Part shown: piece after piece, positions 9,370 to 20,440 of the stretch | Position numbering within the stretch: position 1 is the first letter of the stretch | Layout: every line of letters starts with the position of its first letter | Assembly (NCBI GenBank): GCA_902602185.1 | Contig: CACKPV010000001.1 | Location: forward strand, 46,785 to 110,784 | Origin: an uncultured SAR86 cluster bacterium | GTDB taxonomy: Bacteria > Pseudomonadota > Gammaproteobacteria > Magnimaribacterales > D2472 | Length of the DNA: 64,000 nucleotides | Direction: 5' to 3' | The notes under the pieces: generated by a model | What the model was told of the DNA's origin: nothing | The model's database searches: none | What the model saw: only the letters and a program-made list of their open reading frames with translations | Made by a program: the position numbers and the translations under genes

Positions 9370-10977
9370 TTACTCTCTTTCCAAGTAAATTGTTTTTGGG
9401 TGATGATGATCAAGATAATTTGGATAAAACCCCTTTACATCGGGTGACAACTGATAAGCACGAACATATGTATAAATTGGTATTATCGGCATTTCATCAA
9501 TAAGAATTCTTTCAGCCTCTCGAAGTAGCTCATATCTCTTCTCTTGATTAGTAGTCTCATTTGCAAGTTTGACCAAAGAATCAAATTCCTTGTTATCCCA
9601 TCCAGTTTTATTATTTCCTCGGTTGGGACGTAAAGTATCCAAGAATGTATTTGGATCTTCATAATCACCTATCCATCCTGCTCTAGAAATTTGAAAATCA
9701 CCAATCATTTCTCTTGATAAATAAACTTTCCAGTCCATATTATCCAAAATGACGTTGATCCCAAGATTTTTCTTCCACATTTGTTGAATGGCAAGAGCAA
9801 TTTGACGATGTCCTTCGGAGGTGTTGAAAAGAATCTCTAATTCTGGAAAACCTTCTCCATTTGGATATCCTGCTTCAGCAAGCAATGATTTAGCCAATTC
9901 TAAATCAGTACCTATTTTGGTATCTGGAAAATATCCATTTGAACCAGGTGGAGTAAAGGAATATGCAGGAATAGCTCCACACTTATTAACATTTTTAGTG
10001 ATGTGATTACGATCGATAGCCAGTGCCAAAGCTTTTCTTACTCTGACATCATTAAGAGGCTCGATAGTTGTGTTCGTTCGGTAAAAATAGGTTCCCATGT
10101 AAGGATCAATTCGTAAATTTGGATTACCCTGCTCTATCCATAAAGGACACATTTCTGAGGGCACTGTAGAAGTTAAGTGCAACTGTCCAGCACTAAACAT
10201 TCTATCTTCGGTATTGACATCAGAAACAGGATAAAAATGTATTTCGTTAAGTTTTACACTTTCTGCATCCCAATATAGTGGATTTTTCTCAACAACAATC
10301 TTTTTATTCAACTCCCATGACTTTAAATTCATTGCACCATTGCAAACAAAACTTCCAGGACGAGTCCATAGACCTCTTCTATCATCAATATCTCCATACT
10401 CTAGCACTGTTTCTTTATGAACTGGCCAAGTGGAATAGTGACTGAGAAGACCAATAAAAAAAGGTGTAGGATTTTTCAATGTTACTTTCAAAGTTTTATC
10501 ATCAAGAGCTTTTACACCAACAGAATTAAAGGAAGAAAAATCAGGATCACCAGTATGATATTCTTCAGCTCCCTCAACATAATAAAGCATGTCAGGATAT
10601 TGGGATCCCAAGCTCGGAGTTAATATTCTTTTCCAAGACCACACCATGTCATGGGCAGTGAAATCATCACCATTCGACCATTGTGCATTTTTTCTAATAT
10701 TAAAAATATAAGTCTTTCCATCATCACTCACTTCCCAACTTTCTGCCATTCCAGGCAGATTCTCTCCCCCTTCAGGATTAGAGATAGTAAGGCCCTCACA
10801 CATAGTGATTAACAAGTGATGTTCTGGTACTCCGGTTACAATGTGTGGATCGAGTCCTTGAGGTTCTGATCCATTACCAACGTGCATAATTTGATTTTCA
10901 AGACCTTGGTCCACAAGGGAAACTGAAGACCCACAGCCAGCAAGAAAGAAAGTTGCAAATAAAATGAATCTATACAT
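9370..10977 (-). CDS. ABC transporter substrate-binding lipoprotein, family 5 (peptide/nickel, OppA-like)
   Basis: 535 aa with lipobox FLAGC and SBP family 5 length and blocks. It lies directly upstream of the two permease genes. Confidence 0.82.
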   Translation of the reverse strand: MYRFILFATFFLAGCGSSVSLVDQGLENQIMHVGNGSEPQGLDPHIVTGVPEHHLLITMCEGLTISNPEGGENLPGMAESWEVSDDGKTYIFNIRKNAQWSNGDDFTAHDMVWSWKRILTPSLGSQYPDMLYYVEGAEEYHTGDPDFSSFNSVGVKALDDKTLKVTLKNPTPFFIGLLSHYSTWPVHKETVLEYGDIDDRRGLWTRPGSFVCNGAMNLKSWELNKKIVVEKNPLYWDAESVKLNEIHFYPVSDVNTEDRMFSAGQLHLTSTVPSEMCPLWIEQGNPNLRIDPYMGTYFYRTNTTIEPLNDVRVRKALALAIDRNHITKNVNKCGAIPAYSFTPPGSNGYFPDTKIGTDLELAKSLLAEAGYPNGEGFPELEILFNTSEGHRQIALAIQQMWKKNLGINVILDNMDWKVYLSREMIGDFQISRAGWIGDYEDPNTFLDTLRPNRGNNKTGWDNKEFDSLVKLANETTNQEKRYELLREAERILIDEMPIIPIYTYVRAYQLSPDVKGFYPNYLDHHHPKTIYLERE

Positions 10978-11005
10978 ATGATGATTTTATCTCAAATATC
11001 TCTGT

Positions 11006-12859
11006 TTAGATATTAAGATTCTTAATTTTGTCGTTAATATTATTACTAATTTCTGATTCTAAAACTTGATTTAATTTGATCAGTGAAATGGATTCAACAA
11101 ATTCAGCATAATTACTTTGTAAAGCTTCAATTTCAGATATTTCAGGCAAAGTAATGTCATCTACAACCAAAATATAAGTATCATTATTTGAAGATTGAGC
11201 AGCATAAGCAGTATCTTTTTTTGAATCAAAAATTCCTTCGATAATATCTGGAGGAAGCAAAGATGAGTCTCTGCCGAGGGAGTTGTATGATTCTCTGGTA
11301 ACTCCTGATTCTAAAATAATCTCATCAACTTCTCCATTTAATGCATCAAGATAAGATGAACTTAATTGACTTAGCTGGTCATTAGCAAAATCTGTTTTGA
11401 GCATATCAAAAACCGTTTCAACAACTTCCGAAAACTCTTGTTGCTGTGGTTCTATAAGTGTTTTTAAAGATGCTACATAGAATCCAGTTTCAGTTTCAAA
11501 AACTTCAGCATAATCTGTATTCTCTGGTAACCCCATTAAGAATTGATTAAATGCAAAATCCTCTGATGAAAAATCAATATCATCAATGGGTGGAGTCTCC
11601 TTGATTGCAAGGTTCATCTCAAGAGCAATTTCTTCAAGTCTGTAATTATTTAAGATTAAATCTTCGATAGAGTCCCTGTCATCATTCATAAGTGCCAAAG
11701 ATTCCTGATCCATAAGCTCATTAAGAAATTCAACCTCCATTTCCTCAAGTGTTAAAGGATTTTCTTCATTGATTTCTGTTAATTTTAGTAAATGCAAAGT
11801 ATCCCCCAGATCAACAATGTTTGATAATTCATTAATTTGCATATTTTGAATAGCAAGTTCAAATTCAGCAGGGAAAGATTCTCCACTAGAAAAACCAAGG
11901 TCACCTCCTAAATCAACTGTTGCAAAGTCTGAGCTATTATTTATAACTGCATCTTCAAATGTTGTTGATCCATTTTGGATATCTTCTTTAAGAGTCTGTA
12001 AAGTCAAGTTAGCTTCCTGACGTGAATTAAAAGCAGAAACGTCCAACATCAAATGCGAGATCCTTCTCTCTATTCGTTGTTTAAGTTGGATAAGGTATTC
12101 ATTATATTGATCATTGACAAAATTTTCTGGAACTTCAACGTCACTTTTATAATCCTCTTGATCCATCCTTATAAATTGAAAAATTTTCTTCTCTGGTGTT
12201 TGGAATACAAAGCTATTTTCCTCAAAATAACTTTGTGCATCACTTAAAGATATATCTGATGAATCTTTTAGTTTTTGGAAATCAATTTTAAAAAATTCAA
12301 CATTCCGTTTTTGTTCAAGTAGTTCGATAAGTTGATGGATTTCACTATCTAAAACATAGGATGAATTACCCACGGACATAAGAAATTGATTAACTATGAA
12401 ATCATTTCTAACAGCCTCAATAAATTCTTTAGGGACAATACCATTAGATCGAAGCGTTGCTTGAAAAATCTCTTGGTCAAATTTCCCATCTACTTGAAAT
12501 GCAGTATTTTGCATAATGCTTCTTTTTGCATCATCTTCAGAATAATTGAGGCCAAGTTCAATTGCTTGAGAAAGAAGAGCTTTTTGAGCAACAATTTCTT
12601 GCCTGACGTAGCCTTGATAAACACCATCACCTAATAACTCTCTTGAGAATTCACCACCATAAATTTGCTCAAGACGACGATCTACATTTGAAACTGCAAT
12701 ATTAATGTCATAAGGAGTAACCTTAAGTCCATTGACTTTCCCAAAATCAGTAAAAACGGTGCCAAAACTATTTGTCCCAAAAAAAACAAAGGGGACTGCT
12801 AAGAAAATACCAATAAAGATAAGGCGTCTTCCCGTTAAAAAATTTCTTAATCCATCCAT
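11006..12859 (-). CDS. ppiD: periplasmic chaperone / peptidyl-prolyl isomerase PpiD
   Basis: N-terminal membrane anchor and a central parvulin-like segment (ISHLML..GGDLGF..LHLLKL). Conserved position after lon-hupB. Start set to Met18 (MDGLRNF) because the longer ORF-track start (12910) runs through the hupB terminator hairpin. Confidence 0.8.
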   Translation of the reverse strand: MDGLRNFLTGRRLIFIGIFLAVPFVFFGTNSFGTVFTDFGKVNGLKVTPYDINIAVSNVDRRLEQIYGGEFSRELLGDGVYQGYVRQEIVAQKALLSQAIELGLNYSEDDAKRSIMQNTAFQVDGKFDQEIFQATLRSNGIVPKEFIEAVRNDFIVNQFLMSVGNSSYVLDSEIHQLIELLEQKRNVEFFKIDFQKLKDSSDISLSDAQSYFEENSFVFQTPEKKIFQFIRMDQEDYKSDVEVPENFVNDQYNEYLIQLKQRIERRISHLMLDVSAFNSRQEANLTLQTLKEDIQNGSTTFEDAVINNSSDFATVDLGGDLGFSSGESFPAEFELAIQNMQINELSNIVDLGDTLHLLKLTEINEENPLTLEEMEVEFLNELMDQESLALMNDDRDSIEDLILNNYRLEEIALEMNLAIKETPPIDDIDFSSEDFAFNQFLMGLPENTDYAEVFETETGFYVASLKTLIEPQQQEFSEVVETVFDMLKTDFANDQLSQLSSSYLDALNGEVDEIILESGVTRESYNSLGRDSSLLPPDIIEGIFDSKKDTAYAAQSSNNDTYILVVDDITLPEISEIEALQSNYAEFVESISLIKLNQVLESEISNNINDKIKNLNI

Positions 12860-12878
12860 AACGTATACTATTTTACAT

Positions 12879-12903
12879 AAAAAAAAGGGTGCAATCTGCA
12901 CCC
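12879..12903 (-). terminator. rho-independent terminator downstream of hupB
   Basis: On the minus strand, GGGTGCA-gat-TGCACCC stem-loop followed by T8, about 20 nt after the hupB stop. Confidence 0.8.
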
Positions 12904-12922
12904 TTTTCAAGATAAATTCTTG

Positions 12923-13198
12923 TTAACCTTTCACAGCCATTTTTAAAGCTTTAGCAGCTTTGAACGCAGGTACTTTCGTTGCAGCAATGTGAATAGTTTC
13001 ACCAGTTTGTGGATTTCTTCCCATTCTTGCACTTCTGTCTCTGACCTCAAAATTACCAAAACCACCAATTGAGACCTTAGTACCAGCTGCTAGTGAATCA
13101 GTAATAGATCCAAGAACTGCATCTACTGCTCGACCAGCTTCCGCTTTAGACATGTCAGTGCTAGAAGCAACTGCATCAATTAATTCTGCTTTATTCAT
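12923..13198 (-). CDS. hupB: DNA-binding protein HU
   Basis: 91 aa HU/IHF family (MNKAELID..., [22 protein letters not shown]). AGGAG Shine-Dalgarno upstream. Sits in the lon-hupB-ppiD arrangement. Confidence 0.92.
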   Translation of the reverse strand: MNKAELIDAVASSTDMSKAEAGRAVDAVLGSITDSLAAGTKVSIGGFGNFEVRDRSARMGRNPQTGETIHIAATKVPAFKAAKALKMAVKG

Positions 13199-13276
13199 TT
13201 GAACTCCTCTAAATTAAAAATTACCCTTCTATGAAAAGCTAAGATGCTTCAAAAGTCAAGTAAATAAAGGCTTAAA

Positions 13277-15667
13277 TTAATTTATAATCTCAGGATTTTT
13301 TTTAGATTTTTTAGATTTTTGTTTGTATGTTGCAGACTGTTTTTGTGGCTTTGGTTGTGATTCTAAAGAGTGAGTGATTACATCATCAATCCACTCAACA
13401 GGAACAATTTCTAAATTGTCTGTTATTACATCTGGAATCTCTTTGAGATCAGATTGATTATCGATCGGTATTATTACTTTTTTAATTCCTCCTCTCTTGG
13501 CAGCAAGTAATTTTTCTTTTAATCCACCAATTTTCAAGACTTGTCCTCTTAGGGTAATTTCACCAGTCATTGCAACATCAGAACGGACAGGAATATTCGT
13601 AAATGCAGATATCAATGCTGTTCCCATTCCAACTCCAGCACTAGGACCATCTTTTGGTGTTGCACCCTCAGGAACATGAATATGAACATCAAAGTCTTCA
13701 TAAAAGTTTTGATTTATACCAAGGGATTCTGATCTTGATCTAACTACAGTAAGTGCAGCTTGTATCGATTCCTGCATAACATCTCCAAGTGATCCAGTTT
13801 TTATAATTTTTCCCTTGCCGGGAACTTTTGAAGCTTCAATAGTTAGTAACTCTCCACCAACCTCAGTCCAGGCCAAACCACAGACTTGTCCAACAGTATT
13901 TGATGACTCTGCTTCACCAAATTTAAACTTCCTAACACCTGAATATTCTTCTAAATTTTTGGTGGTGATTTTGGTAGCCCTTTTCGCATTTGATAAATCT
14001 CTTTCTTTAACAACTTTTCTGAGGATTTTCGAAATTTGTCTTTCTAAGCCCCTAACACCTGCTTCTCTTGTGTAATATCTAATTAAATCAAGAATAACCT
14101 CAGAATCAAATTTTATTTCTTTTTCCGATAACCCATTTCTTTCTTTTTGTTTTGGAAAAAGATAGTCTTGGGCAATATTTAGTTTTTCATCTTCAATATA
14201 ACCAGGAATTCTGATGATTTCCATCCGATCCAATAAGGGTCCAGGTATATTTAAACTGTTAGCAGTACATACAAACATCACCTCAGATAAATCATAATCA
14301 ACCTCAAGATAATGATCACTAAAAGATGAATTTTGCTCAGGATCTAAAACTTCTAAAAGTGCTGAAGCAGGATCACCTCGGTGATCCATTCCAATTTTGT
14401 CGACTTCATCTAACAAAAATAAAGGGTTTTTCACTCCAACTTTGATTAATTTTTGAATTATTTTCCCAGGCATAGAACCAATGTATGTTCTTCTATGGCC
14501 TCTAATTTCTGCTTCATCTCGAACTCCACCAAGAGACATTCGAGTGAATTTTCTGTTAGTAGCTCTAGCAATAGATTCTCCGAGTGAAGTTTTACCGACA
14601 CCTGGAGGCCCTACTAAACATAAGACCGGAGCCTTTAAATTTTTTACTCTCTTTTGGACAGCTAAATATTCTAAAATCCTATCTTTTACTTCCTCTAACC
14701 CATAATGGTCTCCATTTAAGATAGATAGAGCAGCCTTGAGATCAGATTTAACTTTTCCCCTTTTTTTCCAAGGAATATCAATGAGAGTATCAAGATAAGA
14801 TCTCACTACAGATGCTTCTGCTGAGGTTGGTGACATCATCTTAAATTTCGTTAACTCACTATTTGCCTTTTTAAGAGCATCTTTAGGCATGCCTGAAGAT
14901 TTAATCTTCTTCTCAAGGTTTTCAAATTCGTCCCCCTCTTCTCCTATTTCACCAAGTTCTTTTTGAGCAGCCTTTATTTTTTCATTTAAATAATACTCCC
15001 TTTGCGATTTTTCCATTTGTTTCTTAACTCTAGACCGGATTCTCTGCTCAACATCGATTACATCCAATTGAGATTCAATAAACGTTAGGATATTTTCAGC
15101 CCTTTTTTGCAAATCGATAATTTCTAAGATTTCTTGTTTTTGAGAAGTATCAACATTCAAATGATTAACAATATTGTCAATTAGGTTAGATAAGTCATCA
15201 ATTGCTTCAATGGTTGAATAGATTTCAGGAGGTATCTTTTTTGTTGATGATACATAATCCTTAAATTTACCTTTAATAAACTTGACCAAATTCATGGACT
15301 CAGACACTTTAATAACGTCATCGGGGATTTCTGAAACGATTGCTTTTAAATAATTTTTTTCTTCAGTAATTTTTTTAATTTTGCAACGCTTGTCACCTTC
15401 AACTAAAACTTTCATAGTACCATCTGGAAGCTTTATTAACTGCAAAATATTACTTACGGATCCATATTCATAAATATCACTAAATCCTGGATCTTCGTTA
15501 GCTGCATCTCTCTGAGCAACTAGAACGATTTTTTTATTAGAATTTGTTGCGGCATTGAGTGCTTCGACTGATTTTGATCGGCCTACAAACAGAGTAGTTA
15601 CAATTCCGGGAAAAATAACTACATCGCGTAAAGGAATTATAGGATAACTTTTTGATATGTCACTCAT
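13277..15667 (-). CDS. lon: ATP-dependent Lon protease
   Basis: 796 aa with Walker A GPPGVGKTS and the protease Ser context PKDGPSAG. Follows clpX. Confidence 0.96.
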   Translation of the reverse strand: MSDISKSYPIIPLRDVVIFPGIVTTLFVGRSKSVEALNAATNSNKKIVLVAQRDAANEDPGFSDIYEYGSVSNILQLIKLPDGTMKVLVEGDKRCKIKKITEEKNYLKAIVSEIPDDVIKVSESMNLVKFIKGKFKDYVSSTKKIPPEIYSTIEAIDDLSNLIDNIVNHLNVDTSQKQEILEIIDLQKRAENILTFIESQLDVIDVEQRIRSRVKKQMEKSQREYYLNEKIKAAQKELGEIGEEGDEFENLEKKIKSSGMPKDALKKANSELTKFKMMSPTSAEASVVRSYLDTLIDIPWKKRGKVKSDLKAALSILNGDHYGLEEVKDRILEYLAVQKRVKNLKAPVLCLVGPPGVGKTSLGESIARATNRKFTRMSLGGVRDEAEIRGHRRTYIGSMPGKIIQKLIKVGVKNPLFLLDEVDKIGMDHRGDPASALLEVLDPEQNSSFSDHYLEVDYDLSEVMFVCTANSLNIPGPLLDRMEIIRIPGYIEDEKLNIAQDYLFPKQKERNGLSEKEIKFDSEVILDLIRYYTREAGVRGLERQISKILRKVVKERDLSNAKRATKITTKNLEEYSGVRKFKFGEAESSNTVGQVCGLAWTEVGGELLTIEASKVPGKGKIIKTGSLGDVMQESIQAALTVVRSRSESLGINQNFYEDFDVHIHVPEGATPKDGPSAGVGMGTALISAFTNIPVRSDVAMTGEITLRGQVLKIGGLKEKLLAAKRGGIKKVIIPIDNQSDLKEIPDVITDNLEIVPVEWIDDVITHSLESQPKPQKQSATYKQKSKKSKKNPEIIN

Positions 15668-15702
15668 AATTATTTAATTAAGGGTTAAATTGAAATTATC
15701 AA

Positions 15703-16956
15703 TCAATTAGCAGTTTTTTCTTTCTTGCTAGATTTAAAAACTTGAATTGGCTTTGCATCTAACGATGCAGAATTTTCATCAACAATGATTTTTTCTAAAT
15801 CATCGTTGGGCAAGTCGAACATAACCTCCATCAGGATATCTTCAAGAATAGAACGAAGGCCTCTGGCACCTGTCTTTCTTTCAATAGCTTTTCGTGCAAT
15901 ATATTTTAAAGCCTCATCTCTGAAAACCAGTTCGACTTTATCAATTTCGAAAAGATATCGATACTGGTTGACCAAGGCATTTTTGGGCTCTTTTAAGATC
16001 CTAACAAGGGAATCTTCATCTAACTCTTTCAATGTTGTAATAACTGGCAACCTGCCAACAAACTCAGGAATCAGTCCATATTTAACAAGATCTTCAGGCT
16101 CAACAATTTCCAAGTTTTCTTGCATTATTTCTTTTTCATTTTTGGATGAAACACTAGCACTAAAACCTATACCGGTTTTGTTAACTCTTTGAGTAATAAC
16201 TTTATCGAGACCAGAAAAGGCACCACCACAAATAAACAAAATATTGGAGGTATCAACTTGAATAAAATCTTGTTGTGGATGCTTCCTTCCCCCTTGTGGA
16301 GGAATAGAAGCAATTGTTCCTTCAATTAATTTCAGAAGTGCCTGTTGAACACCCTCTCCAGAGACATCTCTTGTTATGGAGGGGTTGTCAGTCTTTCGAG
16401 CAATTTTGTCAATTTCGTCAATGTACACAATTCCCAATTGAGCTTTCTCTGGATCATATTCAGCCCTTTGCAGTAACCTTTGAATAATATTTTCAACATC
16501 TTCTCCAACATATCCTGCTTCTGTCAATGTGGTTGCATCAGCAATTGCAAACGGCACATTTAAAATTTTTGCCAGGGTTTGTGCAAGTAAAGTTTTACCA
16601 CTTCCTGTTGGCCCCAAGAGCAAAACATTACTTTTTTGTAACTCTACAGAATCTTTTGCAGGATTATTGAGTCTTTTATAGTGATTATATACAGCAACCG
16701 AAAGAACTTTTTTTGCCTTATCTTGTCCGATGACATACTCATCAAGGCGTTGATAAATCTCAACTGGTGACATCAAAGATGATTCAGTTGTTGCTTCTGT
16801 TACTTTTAATTCTTCAGCAATGATATCGTTACAAAGTTCAACGCAATCGTTGCAGATACAGATGTTATCTTGACCAGAGATAAGTTTTTTAACTTCAGAG
16901 TAGCCTTTTTTACAAAACGAACAACTTAGTTTCTTTAAATCAGCGTTATCTGTCAT
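15703..16956 (-). CDS. clpX: ATP-dependent Clp protease ATP-binding subunit ClpX
   Basis: N-terminal C4 zinc finger (CSFC...CNDC), Walker A GPTGSGKT, and IGF-type loop region. Confidence 0.97.
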   Translation of the reverse strand: MTDNADLKKLSCSFCKKGYSEVKKLISGQDNICICNDCVELCNDIIAEELKVTEATTESSLMSPVEIYQRLDEYVIGQDKAKKVLSVAVYNHYKRLNNPAKDSVELQKSNVLLLGPTGSGKTLLAQTLAKILNVPFAIADATTLTEAGYVGEDVENIIQRLLQRAEYDPEKAQLGIVYIDEIDKIARKTDNPSITRDVSGEGVQQALLKLIEGTIASIPPQGGRKHPQQDFIQVDTSNILFICGGAFSGLDKVITQRVNKTGIGFSASVSSKNEKEIMQENLEIVEPEDLVKYGLIPEFVGRLPVITTLKELDEDSLVRILKEPKNALVNQYRYLFEIDKVELVFRDEALKYIARKAIERKTGARGLRSILEDILMEVMFDLPNDDLEKIIVDENSASLDAKPIQVFKSSKKEKTAN

Positions 16957-17555
16957 GCGTCCCTCATTGTAAGAATATCATCAACAATGCCGTAATCCTT
17001 AGCCTCATTGGCATTTAAAAAATTATCTCTATCCGTATCCTTTTCGATGGTTTTCATTGACTTACCTGTATGTTTAGCTAAAATCTCGTTGACTTTCTTT
17101 TTCATAAGTAAAATTTCTTTGGCATGAATTTCAATATCTGAGGCTTGACCTTGAAAACCACCCAGGGGCTGATGGATCATTATTCTTGAATTTGGTAAGG
17201 CAAATCTCTTTTTTTTATCTCCACCGCATAACAGTAGAGCACCCATACTAGCCGCTTGACCTATACAAAGTGTCGATATAGAGGGAGAGACAAACTGCAT
17301 CGTGTCATAAATGGCTAAACCAGAAGAAATAACACCCCCAGGGGAATTGATGTAAATATTTATATCTTTTTTTGGATTTTCAGACTCTAAAAATAAGAGT
17401 TGAGCTACAATTAAATTAGATAAATTATCATTTATAGGGCCAGTTATGAAAATAACCCTCTCCTTTAAGAGTCGGGAATAAATATCGAATGCCCTCTCTC
17501 CCCGAGCTGTTTGCTCAACTACCATAGGCACGAGAGTTTGGTATTGGTCTTTCAT
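16953..17555 (-). CDS. clpP: ATP-dependent Clp protease proteolytic subunit
   Basis: 200 aa with the catalytic Ser block GQAASMG and His block IMIHQP. 4-nt overlap with clpX. Confidence 0.97.
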   Translation of the reverse strand: MKDQYQTLVPMVVEQTARGERAFDIYSRLLKERVIFITGPINDNLSNLIVAQLLFLESENPKKDINIYINSPGGVISSGLAIYDTMQFVSPSISTLCIGQAASMGALLLCGGDKKKRFALPNSRIMIHQPLGGFQGQASDIEIHAKEILLMKKKVNEILAKHTGKSMKTIEKDTDRDNFLNANEAKDYGIVDDILTMRDA

Positions 17556-17575
17556 ATTAATTTGTTGTTTTTTTA

Positions 17576-18886
17576 TTATTTTCTTTGCATTTTAGCAACA
17601 TCACTAAAATTAACCTCTTTGTTATTTGATTTAAGATCAATCTTTAATTTTTCAACTAGGAGGTCTTCTAGTATTACCATTCTATATTGTTCTAAGTAAT
17701 TTGGCTGATTTTTAACCCAACTCTTAAATTGTGCTGGATCTTTATATTTTGCAGACTCTTGATCAATAAAATTATCAAGGTCAGTTTCCTCAACTTTTAA
17801 TGAAAAATGAGATACAAGAGAAGAAAATAGTAGGTCTAATTTCACCCTTTTTTCAGCACTTTCAAGAAAGGTTTCCACCGCAAATAAATCATTGCTATCC
17901 TCATCATCAATTTTTTTACCAATTCTTGACAATGATTCTTCACGCATTTTCTGAGCTTGATCTTTGACAATCTGTTCTGGAACTAAAAATTTATTGATTT
18001 TTAATAAGAGCTCATAAATAGACTCTTTAGTTAAAGCATTTTGCTGAGTTGCAGCTTCATTTTCCATACGTTTTTTGATCTCAGATTTAAATTCCTTTAC
18101 TGATTTAGCCTCCATTGAAAGTTTTTCAAAAAGTTTTTTATCAAGTTTTGCATTACTCAATTCTTGAACTTCTTTTAAAGAAATTTTAAAAACTGCTGCT
18201 TTATTTGCAAGATCACCTTTAAAATAATCTGGAGGAAAAGAAACTTTGATATCAAATTTTGAATCTGCTTTTTTACCAACTAACTCATCTTCAAAACCTG
18301 GAATCATCGATTTAGATCCTAGAATCAGTTTAAAATCTTTTGAAGCATTGCCTTCAAAAGGTTTGTTATCAATAAATCCTTCGAAATCCATAATGACTTG
18401 ATCACCATTTTTAGATACTCTTTTTACTGTCTTCCACTCACCATATCTTTCGGTAATATCTTCGATAGCTGAGTCGATATCTGAGTCGATTATTTTTATT
18501 TGATACTCATCATATTTAGTCCAACTTTTTACCTTAGGTTTAATTTCAGGAAAAATCTCAAAGGTAGCAAGATACTTCATTTGTTTCTTTGGATTATCTT
18601 CTAAAATTGAAACCGAAGGTGGAGTTGCTGGATTTAACTTATGTTCAGTTATTTCATTTGGATAAGTTTCTTGAATCAACTCATTTAAAACTTCTGCATG
18701 GACTGATGTCCCATATCTTTGTTCTACAACATCAAAAGGAACTTTACCTTTTCTAAAACCATCCATTTTAAGAGTTCGTCCTAGATTACTTATTTTTTTC
18801 GAAAATTTATCTTCATACATTTCGCTGGGAATTTGAATTTCTAAGCTTCGCTCTAATTTTTTAAGTTTTTTTAATTTACTTAACAT
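17576..18886 (-). CDS. tig: trigger factor
   Basis: About 436 aa with a ribosome-binding-type motif GFRKGKVP and a central FKBP-like region. Start set to Met20 (MLSKLKK) with GGAGA upstream; the longer ORF-track start runs into tRNA-His. Confidence 0.9.
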   Translation of the reverse strand: MLSKLKKLKKLERSLEIQIPSEMYEDKFSKKISNLGRTLKMDGFRKGKVPFDVVEQRYGTSVHAEVLNELIQETYPNEITEHKLNPATPPSVSILEDNPKKQMKYLATFEIFPEIKPKVKSWTKYDEYQIKIIDSDIDSAIEDITERYGEWKTVKRVSKNGDQVIMDFEGFIDNKPFEGNASKDFKLILGSKSMIPGFEDELVGKKADSKFDIKVSFPPDYFKGDLANKAAVFKISLKEVQELSNAKLDKKLFEKLSMEAKSVKEFKSEIKKRMENEAATQQNALTKESIYELLLKINKFLVPEQIVKDQAQKMREESLSRIGKKIDDEDSNDLFAVETFLESAEKRVKLDLLFSSLVSHFSLKVEETDLDNFIDQESAKYKDPAQFKSWVKNQPNYLEQYRMVILEDLLVEKLKIDLKSNNKEVNFSDVAKMQRK

Positions 18887-18898
18887 ATATCTCCTCAC

Positions 18899-18976
18899 TG
18901 GGGCGAGCGATGGGGTTCGAACCCACGGCCTCCGGAGCCACAATCCAGCGCTCTAACCAACTGAGCTACGCCCGCC
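18899..18976 (-). tRNA. tRNA-His (GTG)
   Basis: Hand-folded cloverleaf. Anticodon loop TTGTGGC, extra 5' G(-1) opposite C73 characteristic of tRNA-His, T-loop GGTTCGAAC, encoded CCA. Confidence 0.9.
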
Positions 18977-18993
18977 ATGAAGTATGTATTATA

Positions 18994-20436
18994 ATGATCG
19001 CAGACAAAAAAAATAGCAGTATGTCGTCATCAGTAAATGAGTCTACCTTTTGGAAAACCATTAACAGCTTTGTTGATGATGCTCTCAGTTTTTCCAAAAT
19101 AACAAAAGCACTAGCAGATCAAATAAAAACTTGTAACTCCACTTACACTGTAAGTTTTGGTGTGCAACTCGATAAAAAGATTGAAATCTTTACCGGGTGG
19201 AGATCAGTTCACTCTGATCATATCATGCCTGCGAAAGGTGGTATTAGATACTCCAAAGACGCAAATCAACTTGAAGTGGAATCTATGGCTGCTTTGATGA
19301 CCTATAAAAACGCTTTGATAGATGTACCTTTCTCAGGATCTAAAGGTGCTCTTAGAATTGATCCCTCAAAATATACAAGGGCTGAACTTGCAAAAATAAC
19401 TAGACGATTCACCCAAGAGTTAGTTAAAAGGGATTTAATAAATCCCAGTCAAAATGTGCCTGCACCTGATCTGGGAACATCCGAAAGAGAAATGGCTTGG
19501 ATTGCAGATGAATATCAAAAATTAAATCCCAATGACATTAATGCGAAAGCTTGTGTTACTGGTAAGCCTTTAAATAAAAAAGGTATTGCCGGCCGAAATC
19601 AAGCAACAGGCAAAGGAGTACAGTTTGGATTGAGAGAAATTTTTAACGATGAAAAAATTACAACTATGATTGGTATTAAGCCTGGACTTGAAGGAAAAAC
19701 TGTTATCGTTCAGGGTTTAGGGAAAGTTGGGTATCACGCAGCCAAACATTTACAAGAAGAAGATGGTTGTCTCATTACCTGTGTTATCGAAAAAAATGGG
19801 GCAATATATAATGAAGACGGTCTTCCTATCTCCAAGCTAAAAAAATGGATGGATGCTGGCAAAAATTTTAAGAATTGCCCATACGGTAAATTTTTTGCAG
19901 AGAGCGCAAAACAAATTGAAAGAGAGTGTGATGTGTTAATTCCAGCTGCCATTGAAAGTGTTATTCATAAAGGCAATGCTGCCAAAATACAAGCAAAAGT
20001 TGTGGCTGAAGCAGCCAATGGACCGGTTACATACAAAGCTGACAAAATTTTGAACAAAAAAAATATTCTTGTAATTCCAGATATTTATTTAAATGCAGGA
20101 GGTGTTGCTGTTAGTTATTTTGAATGGGTAAGAAATATTTCTCAAATGCGCTTTGGAAGACTTGAAAAAAGAAGAGATGAAAATCAGTTAAAAGAAGTCA
20201 TTCGTTTAATTGAAAAAATGACCAAGCAAAAATTAACAAAAAAGGATAAGCTTACTTTGATGAATGGTTCCGATGAAATTGATCTAATCTACTCAGGTTT
20301 GAATGACATGATGGTAGAGGCATATCAGCAAATAAGAACACATATGCTGCGCAGTAAGTTGCCTAATCTCAGAGTTGCTGCATATAAATATTCTATCGAA
20401 AAAATTGCTACAGCCTACGACACGATTGCACTCTAA
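18994..20436 (+). CDS. Glu/Leu/Phe/Val-family glutamate dehydrogenase
   Basis: Catalytic block KGGIRY...PFSGSKG and a Rossmann GLGKVG motif. The ORF-track start (18910) overlaps tRNA-His. The first non-overlapping ATG is 18994; 19021 is an alternative. Confidence 0.85.
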   Translation: MIADKKNSSMSSSVNESTFWKTINSFVDDALSFSKITKALADQIKTCNSTYTVSFGVQLDKKIEIFTGWRSVHSDHIMPAKGGIRYSKDANQLEVESMAALMTYKNALIDVPFSGSKGALRIDPSKYTRAELAKITRRFTQELVKRDLINPSQNVPAPDLGTSEREMAWIADEYQKLNPNDINAKACVTGKPLNKKGIAGRNQATGKGVQFGLREIFNDEKITTMIGIKPGLEGKTVIVQGLGKVGYHAAKHLQEEDGCLITCVIEKNGAIYNEDGLPISKLKKWMDAGKNFKNCPYGKFFAESAKQIERECDVLIPAAIESVIHKGNAAKIQAKVVAEAANGPVTYKADKILNKKNILVIPDIYLNAGGVAVSYFEWVRNISQMRFGRLEKRRDENQLKEVIRLIEKMTKQKLTKKDKLTLMNGSDEIDLIYSGLNDMMVEAYQQIRTHMLRSKLPNLRVAAYKYSIEKIATAYDTIAL

Positions 20437-20440
20437 AATT

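Noticed and set aside
11006-12910. Longer ppiD start at 12910.
   Set aside because: The added 17 codons contain the hupB rho-independent terminator hairpin and T-run (12879-12903). Met18 at 12859 gives the expected N-terminal membrane anchor.
15668-15702. Sigma32-like TTGATAA-N11-CCCTTAAT between clpX and lon.
   Set aside because: The spacer is shorter than the consensus, the -10 is degenerate, and the element would leave almost no 5' UTR before the lon ATG. It cannot be told apart from AT-rich background.
15785-16192. 135-aa plus-strand ORF inside clpX. Similar antisense ORFs occur at 802-1107, 13497-14705, 24484-25137 and 39409-39711.
   Set aside because: It lies fully antisense to strongly supported genes. 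Its Ser/Ile/Leu-rich low-complexity translation is typical of antisense frames, and it has no independent signals.
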